Shown: positions 19,088 to 28,853, counted from the first letter of the stretch. The stretch is 64,000 bases of DNA from Candidatus Oxydemutatoraceae bacterium (GCA_965220085.1 CBDCOZ010000003.1:736001-800000); one strand, 5' to 3'. Notes: a model not told the origin generated them from the sequence alone. Translations and numbers: made by a program.

Positions 19088-20824
19088 CTAAGTGGATGAT
19101 TCCCATTGATTGTGTCCTAGAAATCGATTGAGTCGTTCCGCCACCAATTTACGGCGCACTTTCAAAAAATCCTCATAGGCATCCATCTCCCATAGCGATT
19201 TATCATTGGGAATACATTGTTTGTCTAATTTGTTTGCACCTCCTTTTTTTATGACATCGGGTAAATAGATGGCTGGCTCTTTATCGCTGATTCTCTTGTT
19301 TGTTCTTTCACCAATAAAAGCCATATTGCAAATATCATTGATTCTCTGCGGAGGCATGCCAACCTTTTCCAATAATGCCTTTGGGAATATGTGATGGAAT
19401 TGAAGTTTGTGTGTTGTGCCTGAGTGTTTCAGTGAGATACTCAGTTGATCTTCCCAATCTCGAGCATTGTCCGCTTGAAAAGCTAAAAACATCGTTTTGA
19501 AGTAGGCGCTTCTGGTACTTCTATTTTCCAAGTCTTCAGGCAGGATATCTAAACGTCCGACCTGAGTTTCTAGAGATTGTAATAACTTGCCAATATTTTT
19601 ATTGCGGTGGATAGTGGTTAAATCCTGATCCAAGAGACTTTCCGACGACCCTTTGGAATATCGAGCTTTCGCGTTTGCTACCAAGATCCAATAGCGGAGT
19701 TGTTTCTCCTCATTGTCCGACAACTCATACCCCTTAGAGTCTGCATACTTGGCCAGCGTAATAAGGATATATGGTGATGACAACAGACTCTGATTTTCTA
19801 CATTTACGTTGCTACTCAAGAAATTAAGAGCATACTCCATACCCTTTTTTGCATTTTCCCACCCTTTCTCAAGATCTTCTTTGGATAAACGGCCCAATAT
19901 TTTGAAACGAGACTGATTGGTTACAAAAGCGACAAGGTTCTTAATGTGGATTGACAAATCAATATCAAACCCATGTTTTGTAGCACATTCCTCTTTGAAA
20001 TTTTGAAATAACTGAAGAGAATTTCGCCATTTTGCGGTAATTTGGGCTAGTGCTAAATCGGATCCTCGAAGCTTTGCCCCGAGTGAATTTACCCGAACAA
20101 ATATTTCTGTTACTTCTTCATACGTCTTATCACGGTCTAGAATATGTACCCGGTAGCTATAATTTTTGATATCCCTAAGCCGTGTTAGGCGGGTTGTGTA
20201 TTTGTCGTACCTTGGGTCCTCCATCTCTGTAACACCTGCCTTTTTGAGGAATGGCTTATCGCTACTTTCTGTGAACACCTCAGTAACAGGAACCCAATGG
20301 GGTAATTGAGCGAGTTTTTTGGAATGGACAACAAAAGTCATACTCTCAAAGCGCTTCATGAGTTCATCTTCGGATGCATCTATTGTGTTCTCATTCAAAT
20401 CAATGTCTGTGTTGTCTTCAGCTTCTTCATCCTCAATGACCTCGGTTACTAACCCAACTTCTTCCGGATGTTCCAAATTGAAAAGAATGTCAATTGGTCG
20501 CTTAAGGCCTTTCACATAGACTGGCTCGCCTAGCAAAATAGCTGACAGCGAAGTTAATCGTTGTTGACCGTCTAACAAAAGCTGGTGACCGCGCTGTTTT
20601 TGTTGTGATAAATCTTGGTTAATATCAAATTTTCGTGTCGCAACTTCTCCGTCTGTTTCCCATGTGAGAATTGTCCCTGAGGGATATTTCCTATAAAGTG
20701 AGTCCAGCAAATCCCGCACACGAGTTTTTTGCCAAACGTATTGGCGTTGCATCTCCGGCAGTTTGATATCGCCGCGTTTGATTTTTGCCACAAGTTCATG
20801 TATTGGTATATCTTGCTCTGCCAT
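19088..20824 (-). CDS. GmrSD-like (DUF262 plus C-terminal HNH/DUF1524-like) restriction protein
   Basis: P..QR.YVW, LLDGQQRLTSL, IF.R.NS.G, and C-terminal HHIFPK...N....TN. Confidence 0.8.
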   Translation of the reverse strand: MAEQDIPIHELVAKIKRGDIKLPEMQRQYVWQKTRVRDLLDSLYRKYPSGTILTWETDGEVATRKFDINQDLSQQKQRGHQLLLDGQQRLTSLSAILLGEPVYVKGLKRPIDILFNLEHPEEVGLVTEVIEDEEAEDNTDIDLNENTIDASEDELMKRFESMTFVVHSKKLAQLPHWVPVTEVFTESSDKPFLKKAGVTEMEDPRYDKYTTRLTRLRDIKNYSYRVHILDRDKTYEEVTEIFVRVNSLGAKLRGSDLALAQITAKWRNSLQLFQNFKEECATKHGFDIDLSIHIKNLVAFVTNQSRFKILGRLSKEDLEKGWENAKKGMEYALNFLSSNVNVENQSLLSSPYILITLAKYADSKGYELSDNEEKQLRYWILVANAKARYSKGSSESLLDQDLTTIHRNKNIGKLLQSLETQVGRLDILPEDLENRSTRSAYFKTMFLAFQADNARDWEDQLSISLKHSGTTHKLQFHHIFPKALLEKVGMPPQRINDICNMAFIGERTNKRISDKEPAIYLPDVIKKGGANKLDKQCIPNDKSLWEMDAYEDFLKVRRKLVAERLNRFLGHNQWESST

Positions 20825-21124
20825 AATCTCTTCACTCTGATACAGTGCACAGTGTTCTTTACTGCGGCTTTGTTATTTTACGCATTTATGATACCTCAAC
20901 GGTCAAATATTTCTACTAATATGCGCTATCTGTTTGCTACTTATTCCCAAGGATTATAATTCTGAAGGGTGATATATAGCTAGTAAAACCGTGATATTTT
21001 GTCACCCTACTATGAGTATGTCGTAGGAAGTAAGGGGCTATCGGTGTTGTTGATGGTGTATGCGAAGAAATCTCGCAGGGCAAACGCTAATTATTTGTTT
21101 GCTGTGTGTTTTAGTTTCTTGACT

Positions 21125-21213
21125 TGGCGGAGAGGGAGGGATTCGAACCCCCGGTGGGCGCAAACCCACAACGGTTTTCAAGACCGCCGCTTTCAACTAC
21201 TCAGTGCCTCTTC
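21125..21213 (-). repeat. Partial/degenerate copy of tRNA-Ser(TGA) (att-like)
   Basis: 21125-21194 is identical to the 3' 70 nt of the tRNA at 26634; the 5' acceptor/D arm is degraded. Confidence 0.85.
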
Positions 21214-21214
21214 G

Positions 21215-21547
21215 TGAATAGTGCCAGAAACATTCCGGATTTCTGGCATCAACAAGAAATGTAGCCGACATGCAGTATCAACACATCGGCTACGACAGTT
21301 TGCTATCGCCGCCTATCGTAGTGCTACCGCCGCCTTCTTTGTGAGACCGGTGATGAAAGTCTTTCCCGGCAAGATAGACCAAGCGCTCACCGACAACGGC
21401 TCCGAGTTCTGCGGCATGTCTGATTGCTGCCTGCAACTATCTGCTATGGTTTCACACCCGGCGACCATGCTACGGACTGCAACTTCAAGCGCCCATGACA
21501 CAGCACAGCATTTGCCTCATGTGCCCAACGCACCTTGGCGCCACACA
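21215..21547 (+). mobile_element. Internally deleted IS481 derivative (MITE-like)
   Basis: Left end (gccagaaacattc.ggatt), internal LTDNGSEF piece and degenerate right end, collinear with 21552-22632. Confidence 0.75.
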
Positions 21548-21551
21548 ATAA

Positions 21552-22632
21552 TGCATAATGCCAGAAACATTCTGGATTCTTGGCTTCAACAACAAACGTA
21601 GCCGACATGCAATATCAACACATCGGCCACGGCATCAAAGGTTTCTATAAAATAGCTGCTTTTTCAATAGACGAGGCAACTATGAGCTATAAAGCAAAAC
21701 AGAAACTTGAAGCCCTTATATTATGGGAGAACCACAACATAAAAGCCAGCATGGACGCTTACCACATCAGCAAATCATCGCTCTATGAGTGGCGGAGACA
21801 ATATCGGCTTTATGGCATTAACGGCTTAATCAATCAGAGCACTTGCCCGCGCCAGCCACGCCGGCGCGACTGGCCTGAGGAGATTATCGACGAGATTCGG
21901 CGACACCGCGAAAACTATCCCTACGGCGCACCCAAGATATACCTGCTGATTCAACCGTGGTGTGACGAGCGCGGCTTGCGTTGTCCCAAGCCGCGCACCA
22001 TCGCGCGACTGATTGCCGGCGAAGCCGATAAGATGCGCTGGGTGCCCGCAAAACCGCGTCGGCAACGCACAACGCAAAGCAAGCGCAAGCACCGTCTTAA
22101 AAAGGGTTCCAAGGCCACGTATCCCGGGTATTGCATCGCTATGGATACCGTGCAACGATTTATTCAAGGTCATCGCCGTTATCTGTTCACGGCCGTAGAT
22201 TTGTATAGCCGGTTTGGTTTTGCTATCGGCGTCCCACGTGGCAACAGCATCGCTGCCGAGTTCTTTATGAAGTTGGTGATGCAAGTGTTTCCCGCCAAGA
22301 TAGAGCAAGTGCTCACCGACAACGGCTCCGAATTCTGCGGCGCGTTTGATCGCTGCTTGCAAGAGCAGGGCATCCGGCACTGCTACACGTATCCCAAATG
22401 TCCGAAGATGAACGCATTCAACGAACGCTTTAACCGCACACTCCAGGAAGAGTTTGTGGAGTTTGAAGAGGGTTTGTTGCTGACCGATATTCAGGCATTC
22501 AATGATCGTATGATAGACTATCTGTCATGGTTTAATACCCAACGACCACACTATGGATTGAGGCTCCAAACACCTATGAAACAAATTGCACAACATTTGC
22601 CCAAAGTTTCCAATATGTACTGGCATCATACA
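21552..22632 (+). mobile_element. IS481-family insertion sequence
   Basis: Imperfect terminal inverted repeats tgcataatgccagaaacatt / aatatgtactggcatcataca flanking a DDE transposase. Confidence 0.8.
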
Positions 22633-22641
22633 AATAATTGA
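21607..22641 (+). CDS. IS481-family (rve/DDE) transposase
   Basis: N-terminal HTH, AMDT...AVDLYSR, LTDNGSEF, N...ERFNRTLQEEF, FN.QRPH. Confidence 0.9.
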   Translation: MQYQHIGHGIKGFYKIAAFSIDEATMSYKAKQKLEALILWENHNIKASMDAYHISKSSLYEWRRQYRLYGINGLINQSTCPRQPRRRDWPEEIIDEIRRHRENYPYGAPKIYLLIQPWCDERGLRCPKPRTIARLIAGEADKMRWVPAKPRRQRTTQSKRKHRLKKGSKATYPGYCIAMDTVQRFIQGHRRYLFTAVDLYSRFGFAIGVPRGNSIAAEFFMKLVMQVFPAKIEQVLTDNGSEFCGAFDRCLQEQGIRHCYTYPKCPKMNAFNERFNRTLQEEFVEFEEGLLLTDIQAFNDRMIDYLSWFNTQRPHYGLRLQTPMKQIAQHLPKVSNMYWHHTNN

Positions 22642-22690
22642 CGGTTCGAAAAAGTTTCTATACACTTATAGTATGCGAATCAATTCCGAG
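22638..22690 (+). promoter_or_regulatory. Promoter/operator of lexA-MTase 1 (TTGACG-17-TACACT; TTCGA-N6-TTCTA box; ACTTATAGTATG C-box-like)
   Basis: Direct reading; architecture mirrors 26917-26969. Confidence 0.55.
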
Positions 22691-22697
22691 ATCCACT

Positions 22698-24404
22698 ATG
22701 ATCACTAAACGCCAAAAACAAGTTCTTGACTGCATAGCGCAGTATGGTCAAAAGCACGGCTACAGCCCCTCGCTCGAAGAAGTGGGAGACAAACTCGGCC
22801 TCTCCTCTCTCTCTACTGTGCGCTACCACTTGGAGAAGTTGAAAAAGGCGGGCTATCTGGAAAAAGAGACAAGCAAGCCCCGCTCAATCAACATTGCCAA
22901 ACAAGAAATGGTTCAGGTTCCCATACTCGGAGCGATTGCTGCCGGACGTCCCATTGAAGCGATTACAGATCGCGAGGACACAATAGCCGTATCACGAAGC
23001 AGTATTCCAAGAGGCACGGAAGTTTACGCCCTCAAAGTCAGGGGCGATAGCATGATTGACGAAGATATTTCTGATGGCGATGTTGTGATAGTGCAGCATC
23101 AGCCAACTGCGGATGATGGCGATAGGGTCGTCGCCCTCATTGACAATAGCGAAGCAACATTAAAGAAACTGTACCGCGAGAAAGACAGAATCCGATTGCA
23201 ACCCGCCAATCCCAAACTTCTGCCGATTTATATTGACCCGGAATATTTGCAAATACAAGGGCGTGTTTTAACGGTTGTAAAGACTTCGGAACGAATAAAA
23301 GCGGGCCCTATTTTCAGTACGCCTGTTGCCAAAACCAAAGAGACTCATCAGAGCGCTCTTTTTTTGGCGCCCAAGAACGCCAAATTTCCCTCGACACGTT
23401 TTCAAGGAAGCAAAACAAAGCTGGCGGATAACATTTGGGAATGCATAAAAGATTTAAATTTTCAAGCGCCTTTGGATTTGTTTGGCGGCACAGGAGCGGT
23501 CGGATATATGCTCAAAACCAAAGGCAAGCAAGTTTATTACAACGACTATTTGGCTTTTAACTATCTGACCGGACTCGCTTTGATTGAAAACTCAAAAGAA
23601 ACTCTGAACGACAAAGATTTGGATTTCATACTTTCCAAGCATAGCAACATTGAATACCCAAACTTCATTGAGAAAACTTTTCACGACATTTACTTTACTG
23701 ACGACGAGAACAAATGGCTTGATATTGTATCAACGAATATTCGGCAGGTGAGAGACAAATACAAGCAAGCGCTGGCTTACTTTGCGCTTTTTCAGGCGTG
23801 CATTATCAAGCGCCCGTATAACCTCTTCCATCGCAAAAATTTATATGTCCGTTTTGCGGATGTCGAGAGAAGTTTTGGAAACAAAACGACTTGGGATAAG
23901 CCGTTTGAGAAGCATTTTTTGAAGTTTGTCGGCGAAGCAAACAACGCTGTATTTGATAACGGACAAAAGAACAGCGCGCTAAACAAAAGCGCTTTTAATC
24001 TCGATGCAAAAGCGGACTTGATTTACATTGACACGCCCTATATTTCTAAAAAAGGAATAGGGGTGGATTACATAGGTTTTTATCACTTTCTTGAAGGGCT
24101 GAGTGATTATCAAAATTGGTACAAGCATATTAATTTCGATAGCAAACATAGAAAATTCAAAAACAAAAAGTCTGTCTGGTCTGACAAAAATAAAATTACC
24201 GACGCTTTTGACAGACTTTTTGCAAAATACAAAGAGTCTGTTCTTGTTGTTTCCTATCGCTCGGATGGCATTCCGTCACCGGAAACGTTGCAAAGTCTCA
24301 TGAAGCAATACAAAAGGAATGTGTACGAAGCATTTCGCAGCGAGTACAAGTATGCTTTAAGCAAAAATGGCGACTCAAAAGAAATACTGCTGATTGGCAG
24401 ATAA
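22698..24404 (+). CDS. LexA repressor fused to N6-adenine DNA methyltransferase (Dam/EcoRV-like, D12 class)
   Basis: LexA HTH, IAAG cleavage site, GDSM (Ser) and TLKK (Lys); then RFQGSK, DLFGGTG, YIDTPY. Confidence 0.88.
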   Translation: MITKRQKQVLDCIAQYGQKHGYSPSLEEVGDKLGLSSLSTVRYHLEKLKKAGYLEKETSKPRSINIAKQEMVQVPILGAIAAGRPIEAITDREDTIAVSRSSIPRGTEVYALKVRGDSMIDEDISDGDVVIVQHQPTADDGDRVVALIDNSEATLKKLYREKDRIRLQPANPKLLPIYIDPEYLQIQGRVLTVVKTSERIKAGPIFSTPVAKTKETHQSALFLAPKNAKFPSTRFQGSKTKLADNIWECIKDLNFQAPLDLFGGTGAVGYMLKTKGKQVYYNDYLAFNYLTGLALIENSKETLNDKDLDFILSKHSNIEYPNFIEKTFHDIYFTDDENKWLDIVSTNIRQVRDKYKQALAYFALFQACIIKRPYNLFHRKNLYVRFADVERSFGNKTTWDKPFEKHFLKFVGEANNAVFDNGQKNSALNKSAFNLDAKADLIYIDTPYISKKGIGVDYIGFYHFLEGLSDYQNWYKHINFDSKHRKFKNKKSVWSDKNKITDAFDRLFAKYKESVLVVSYRSDGIPSPETLQSLMKQYKRNVYEAFRSEYKYALSKNGDSKEILLIGR

Positions 24405-24406
24405 GT

Positions 24407-25153
24407 TTACTTTTGCTTTTCTTTCCACTCAAGGTACTCCTTGATGTTTCTGTAGGGTTGCTCTTTGCCTTGGTCGCGCGCGACTTTTTTCTGCACAAAA
24501 TTGCGCCAGTAGTCCTCAAAGACCGCTTCGCCGTATTTTGCAAATGGCCCGGCGCCTTTTTCCAGCCGTTTAATTTCCGTAACAGAGCCGATATTTGCGG
24601 TATTGCCGTTGCCGAGATATTCGGAAGAGATTTTGTATTTCGGCTGGACAATGATTTCTATGTCTTTTATCGCAGATTCTATTTCATCCATTTTATCGAT
24701 AGGGGCAATGCTGACTTCCACATCACCGACGCGAGAATAAATAAATCCCAAAATCCAATGTTCCTTGTACTCGTCATATGGGAACATGATATTTTTTGTC
24801 GGATTGCGCAGGTAGCCGGCATAGGAACCGAGAGTAAATCCGGTTACTCGCTTGTCATTTTTGCGATAGGCGCTTTTCACATCCAAAGCAATCTTGGATT
24901 TGTCGGGCATTATGAAAGTAAAATCAGGGTAAACCGTTTGCCTGTCGGATTCAAGCGCTTCAAGATTGTGAGACGCTGCCATATCCAAAATGATAGGCGC
25001 AGTCACCAACTCAAAAACTTTGGAGATGAACTTGGCGTCATTATTGATCGTATAGATACGCTTCTGCGAATCAATAATGCCTTTAATGTCCCAGCCCAAC
25101 CCAATCTTATTTACTTCTTCTTCAAGAATTGTTTTGATGTCACATTTTTTCAT
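24407..25153 (-). CDS. Type II restriction endonuclease, EcoRV-like
   Basis: YPDFT...ALDVKS.Y, FTLGSY, GNTANIGS (EcoRV has GNTTNIGS); convergent with the MTase. Confidence 0.82.
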   Translation of the reverse strand: MKKCDIKTILEEEVNKIGLGWDIKGIIDSQKRIYTINNDAKFISKVFELVTAPIILDMAASHNLEALESDRQTVYPDFTFIMPDKSKIALDVKSAYRKNDKRVTGFTLGSYAGYLRNPTKNIMFPYDEYKEHWILGFIYSRVGDVEVSIAPIDKMDEIESAIKDIEIIVQPKYKISSEYLGNGNTANIGSVTEIKRLEKGAGPFAKYGEAVFEDYWRNFVQKKVARDQGKEQPYRNIKEYLEWKEKQK

Positions 25154-25157
25154 GATT

Positions 25158-25364
25158 TTACGAAAGCAACTCGGACGGCTTTACGCCTAACGCTTTGGCT
25201 ATTTTCCCAATATTCTCAACGGAAACATTGCGCTCACCGCGTTCAATATCGCTCATATATGTGCGGTGCAAACCCGATCTGGAAGCCAGTTCCTCCTGCG
25301 AGTACCCCCCGCGCTGGCGCAGTTCTTTAACTTTCCGCCCTAATTTTTTCTTTATATCCGTCAT
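25158..25364 (-). CDS. R-M controller (C) protein, XRE HTH
   Basis: SQEELA..SGLHRTY.S.IERGERN.S..NI.KIA.AL; directly upstream of the REase. Confidence 0.88.
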   Translation of the reverse strand: MTDIKKKLGRKVKELRQRGGYSQEELASRSGLHRTYMSDIERGERNVSVENIGKIAKALGVKPSELLS

Positions 25365-25417
25365 ACAAAGTCTGGTAACTTATTGGCTACATACTATACC
25401 TTCGCGTAAAAATGTAT

Positions 25418-25437
25418 CTACAGACTATAAGTAACAT
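25418..25437 (-). promoter_or_regulatory. C-box-like operator
   Basis: Minus strand atgttacttatagtctgtag resembles GACT-TAT-AGTC C-boxes. Confidence 0.55.
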
Positions 25438-25765
25438 AGCGCTTTACGCAAATCACAAGGTAGCGGAGCCCCCTGAGACATGTCAGGCATTGCGTTCAAA
25501 ATGGGTTCGCATAAAGAATCTTGAGCGTCGCAAAGCGAGACTCAAAAATTTGCCATAAGAATCAAAGACGGCGAGGCGCGAAGGAGCCCCTATTTCAATG
25601 GCGCAATACCCAAAGAAAAGAGGGTTATGCCCCCTCATTCGTTCGCGATACCTGTCCGGTGTTGCTTTATGCTCGTCCTCATCTGTATGCGACATCTAAT
25701 TCTCTATATTTTCTATCACCTGCCTGAGCCTCTGCCTCTGCTGTGGGAAATGTCGATTCAGATAA

Positions 25766-26062
25766 TCAATTATCTCTTGTAAAAAGCTTTTTTATAGCGT
25801 CGTTTAGTTGGGCTTTGGTTAATTGGGATTTGGCTTTATCAGAAAAACCGCACGCATACGTAAGATTATCTCTACACTTTTTTGAGATTAGCAGTTCACT
25901 CACAGACTTTACTTTTTTGAGCTCTCTATAAAAATCCTTTGCTTCTTTTACAAACGGATCCGCCCTTTTGGTTTTTTGCATAGCCTGCTCAAGAAATCCG
26001 TCACAAATAGCCTGAGGTTTGGTTTGCAGGTCTGTTGCTGATTTTATAAATTTAGGAGTCAT
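25766..26062 (-). pseudogene. Truncated type II restriction endonuclease (N-terminus resembles AvaI/BsoBI family)
   Basis: DL.T......GF...A..K...A.PFV.EA motif; only 98 aa; follows a C gene. Confidence 0.55.
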
Positions 26063-26067
26063 GCTTG

Positions 26068-26277
26068 CTAATCAAAGAAGTCACCTATGCTAATTTTTAG
26101 CGCCTTGGCAATTTTTCCAATATTCTCAAGAGTTATATTTTTTTCTGCTCGCTCAATCATTCCGACATATGTGCGATGAACGCCGGCGAGCGAAGCAAGT
26201 TGTTCCTGCGAAAGCTCTTGTTTTGTCCTTTCTTCTCGGACCCTATTGCCAAACTTTATGAGGATTTCTTTTTTCAT
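26068..26277 (-). CDS. R-M controller (C) protein, XRE HTH
   Basis: SQEQLA..AGVHRTY.G.IERAEKNITL.NI.KIA.AL. Confidence 0.88.
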   Translation of the reverse strand: MKKEILIKFGNRVREERTKQELSQEQLASLAGVHRTYVGMIERAEKNITLENIGKIAKALKISIGDFFD

Positions 26278-26633
26278 AATTGATAACTATAGTTACATGC
26301 TAACTTTAGTTCTACATACTATGATTAGCATATGCTTTTGTTAACAATAGCAACGGATTAAGCCGAAAATTTTCTTCTCCTTCCTTCCGCCTTGCGGCAG
26401 GGGCGCACAAAAATGAGATGAAAGTTTTTAGATTTGCGCCGCGACCGGAGCGAGGGCGGCTAAGGCGCGGCGGGGTTATCGTTGTTCTCGCCCCGCAGGG
26501 CGCGAGATACTGCGCAGGCTTTGCTTGCCTCCGTTTTTAACCGCTTAAAAAACTTGTGGCTTTTGCCCGCACAATGTTTGAGCTTCGTCCCTCAACACCG
26601 CCAACCCTCGTTCGCTTGGAGCAAAGCGCAGAT

Positions 26634-26723
26634 TGGCGGAGAGGGAGGGATTCGAACCCCCGGTGGGCGCAAACCCACAACGGTTTTCAAGACCGCCGCT
26701 TTCGACCACTCAGCCACCTCTCC
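26634..26723 (-). tRNA. tRNA-Ser(TGA)
   Basis: Reverse complement ggagaggtggctgagtggtcgaaagcggcggtcTTGAAAaccg...ggttcgaatccctccctctccgCCA; long variable arm; 90 nt. Confidence 0.95.
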
Positions 26724-26771
26724 GCAAGGCAAGGTATTCTAGCACTCAGGAGGTTGCGGTATGCAAGGTGC

Positions 26772-26797
26772 TGTATGATGCCATGACATATTGGACA
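26772..26797. mobile_element. Isolated IS481 terminal inverted repeat
   Basis: tgtatgatgccatgacatattggaca is the reverse complement of the IS right-end motif. Confidence 0.65.
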
Positions 26798-26916
26798 CTA
26801 ACTTTATATTGACTGCCTTTGCAATTCTCTTGGGAGCTCACTCCTTTTTCATTTGTGGTTATGTGGCGATTCGCTTTGGCATTCTCTTGAAATAAAATAA
26901 TACGGATGGAAACTGT

Positions 26917-26969
26917 TTGCATGTTCGATATATTTTCGATTATGATTAGCATATCGAAAATATATCGAA
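26917..26969 (+). promoter_or_regulatory. Promoter/operator of lexA-MTase 2: perfect 17-bp inverted repeat, each arm TTCGA-N6-TTCGA
   Basis: ttcgatatattttcgat (26924-26940) / atcgaaaatatatcgaa (26953-26969); TTGCAT-18-TATGAT overlaps. Confidence 0.7.
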
Positions 26970-26987
26970 ACTGAGCCAATCAATACT

Positions 26988-28853
26988 ATGCTTACAAAAC
27001 GCCAAAAAGAGGTTCTGGATTTTGTTAAATCTTACAAGAAAAAGAACCGATACGCTCCTTCATTAAATGATGTAAAGGAGCATCTAAAGCTCTCTTCCGT
27101 TTCTACTGCGCATTATCATGTAAAAAGATTGCAAGAGGGAGGGTATTTGCAAAAAGAATATAACCAAGCGAGATCGATTTCCGCAGTAAAGTCAAAACAG
27201 TCCGTAGAGATTCCCATTTCAGGGACCATTGCGGCAGGACGGCCAATTGAAGCAATAGAAGTTCCTGGCGAAACAATCACTGTTACGAAAAATGAAGTTG
27301 GGAGATTTGGAAAGCATTATGCTTTGCGCGCCTCGGGAAGCAGCATGATTGATGAGGGCATTTTTGACGGAGATATTGTTGTTATTCGTCAAGAACAAAC
27401 TGCAGACGATGGGCAAACTGTCGTGGCTATAATAAATGACAATGAAGCAACGCTTAAAAAACTATACAGGGAAAAAGATCGTTTTCGCCTCCAGCCAGCC
27501 AATCCAAGATTGTTTCCAATTTATACAGACGAAGCAGAGGTGCGGGGCGTTGTAGTAAAAATTATCCGAAACCTTGAATCCCAAACTGAAAAGGAGAAGG
27601 TATCAGACAATAAATTAAGTCGCCGAATTGATTATTCGTGGGACTTTAAAGGTGTCAAAACAAAATCTCATACGCATATATTTCACACTTACCCTGCAAT
27701 GTTTATCCCCCAAGTTGCGCGTCGACTTTTGTTAACCTACACCAAAAAAGGAGATACGGTTTGTGATATTTTTTGTGGTTCGGGAACCGCGCTTGTTGAG
27801 AGCCGGTTGGCCGGGCGCAATTCATATGGAATAGACCTTAACCCGCTTGCAGTATTTTTAGCAACAGTTAAAACAACCGTTATCGATCCCAATAAATTAT
27901 CGTCTGAATACATAAAGTTGCTTGCTCGAATAAGGAAAACAAAGATAGGCGAAAACGAAGCGCCTCAATTTAATAATATAGAGTTTTGGTTTAAAGAAAA
28001 TGTAATTATAGAATTGGCTAAAATTAAAAAAGCCATAAGCGAAACAAAAGATGCGAATGTGAAAAACTTTTTTATGGTTGCTTTTAGCGAAATAGTCAGA
28101 AAGTCTTCAAACTCAAAAAACGGAGAGTTTAAATTAGTCAGAATAAAAGGTGAAAAATTGAGAAAATTTAATCCGGATGTTCTGGGGTTATTTAGCCAAA
28201 AAGCTGAGGCAAATATCATGGGCATGTCTGGCTTCTATGATGATGTTGATAAGAAATCATGGACGAAGACTATTTTAGGGGATTCGTCAAAGGGCAACGG
28301 CATCAAAGGGGATTCTATTGATTGTATTATCACATCTCCGCCATACGGAGACAGTCGCACAACTGTTGCTTATGGCCAATTCTCACGCCTCTCCGCACAA
28401 TGGGTTAATCTGTTTGAAGAGCCTAACAATGCTTCGGGAGTAGATAATGATTTGCTTGGGGGAAAGACAACGAAGAGGTTGGAGCATAAACTCTCATCAA
28501 AATATTTGCTGGAGGCTTTGGATAGGATTTCCAGAAAAGATGAGAAGAGGGCGAGAGAGGTTTTGAGTTTTAATTTGGGATTAAACGACTGCTTAAAACA
28601 AGCCTATGAAATGTTAAAGCCGAAGGGATATTTTTGTATTGTAATAGGGAATAGACAAGTTAAACAAGTCAGAATCCCTACGGACTTTATCATTGCTGAG
28701 ATGGCTCAAGAAGCCGGTTTCACTTGTGAGGATATTTCTGTCAGAAATATACCAGGCAAACGAATGCCAATTAAGAATTCTCCAACAAATATTGCCGGAG
28801 ATTTAGAAGAAACAATGACCAAAGAAAGTATTGTTATTTTGAGGAAAAACTAA
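26988..28853 (+). CDS. LexA repressor fused to N4-cytosine DNA methyltransferase (MvaI/BcnI-like)
   Basis: LexA with IAAG, GSSM, TLKK; then H.YPA.FIPQ, DIFCGSGT, ITSPPY. Confidence 0.88.
   Translation: MLTKRQKEVLDFVKSYKKKNRYAPSLNDVKEHLKLSSVSTAHYHVKRLQEGGYLQKEYNQARSISAVKSKQSVEIPISGTIAAGRPIEAIEVPGETITVTKNEVGRFGKHYALRASGSSMIDEGIFDGDIVVIRQEQTADDGQTVVAIINDNEATLKKLYREKDRFRLQPANPRLFPIYTDEAEVRGVVVKIIRNLESQTEKEKVSDNKLSRRIDYSWDFKGVKTKSHTHIFHTYPAMFIPQVARRLLLTYTKKGDTVCDIFCGSGTALVESRLAGRNSYGIDLNPLAVFLATVKTTVIDPNKLSSEYIKLLARIRKTKIGENEAPQFNNIEFWFKENVIIELAKIKKAISETKDANVKNFFMVAFSEIVRKSSNSKNGEFKLVRIKGEKLRKFNPDVLGLFSQKAEANIMGMSGFYDDVDKKSWTKTILGDSSKGNGIKGDSIDCIITSPPYGDSRTTVAYGQFSRLSAQWVNLFEEPNNASGVDNDLLGGKTTKRLEHKLSSKYLLEALDRISRKDEKRAREVLSFNLGLNDCLKQAYEMLKPKGYFCIVIGNRQVKQVRIPTDFIIAEMAQEAGFTCEDISVRNIPGKRMPIKNSPTNIAGDLEETMTKESIVILRKN

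Noticed and set aside
21125-21213. Third functional tRNA-Ser
   Set aside because: The 5' acceptor strand and D arm are degraded, so the cloverleaf cannot close.
22698-23300. Host chromosomal lexA
   Set aside because: Both LexA domains are fused to MTases in an AT-rich island and lack CTGT-N8-ACAG boxes, so no gene symbol was assigned.
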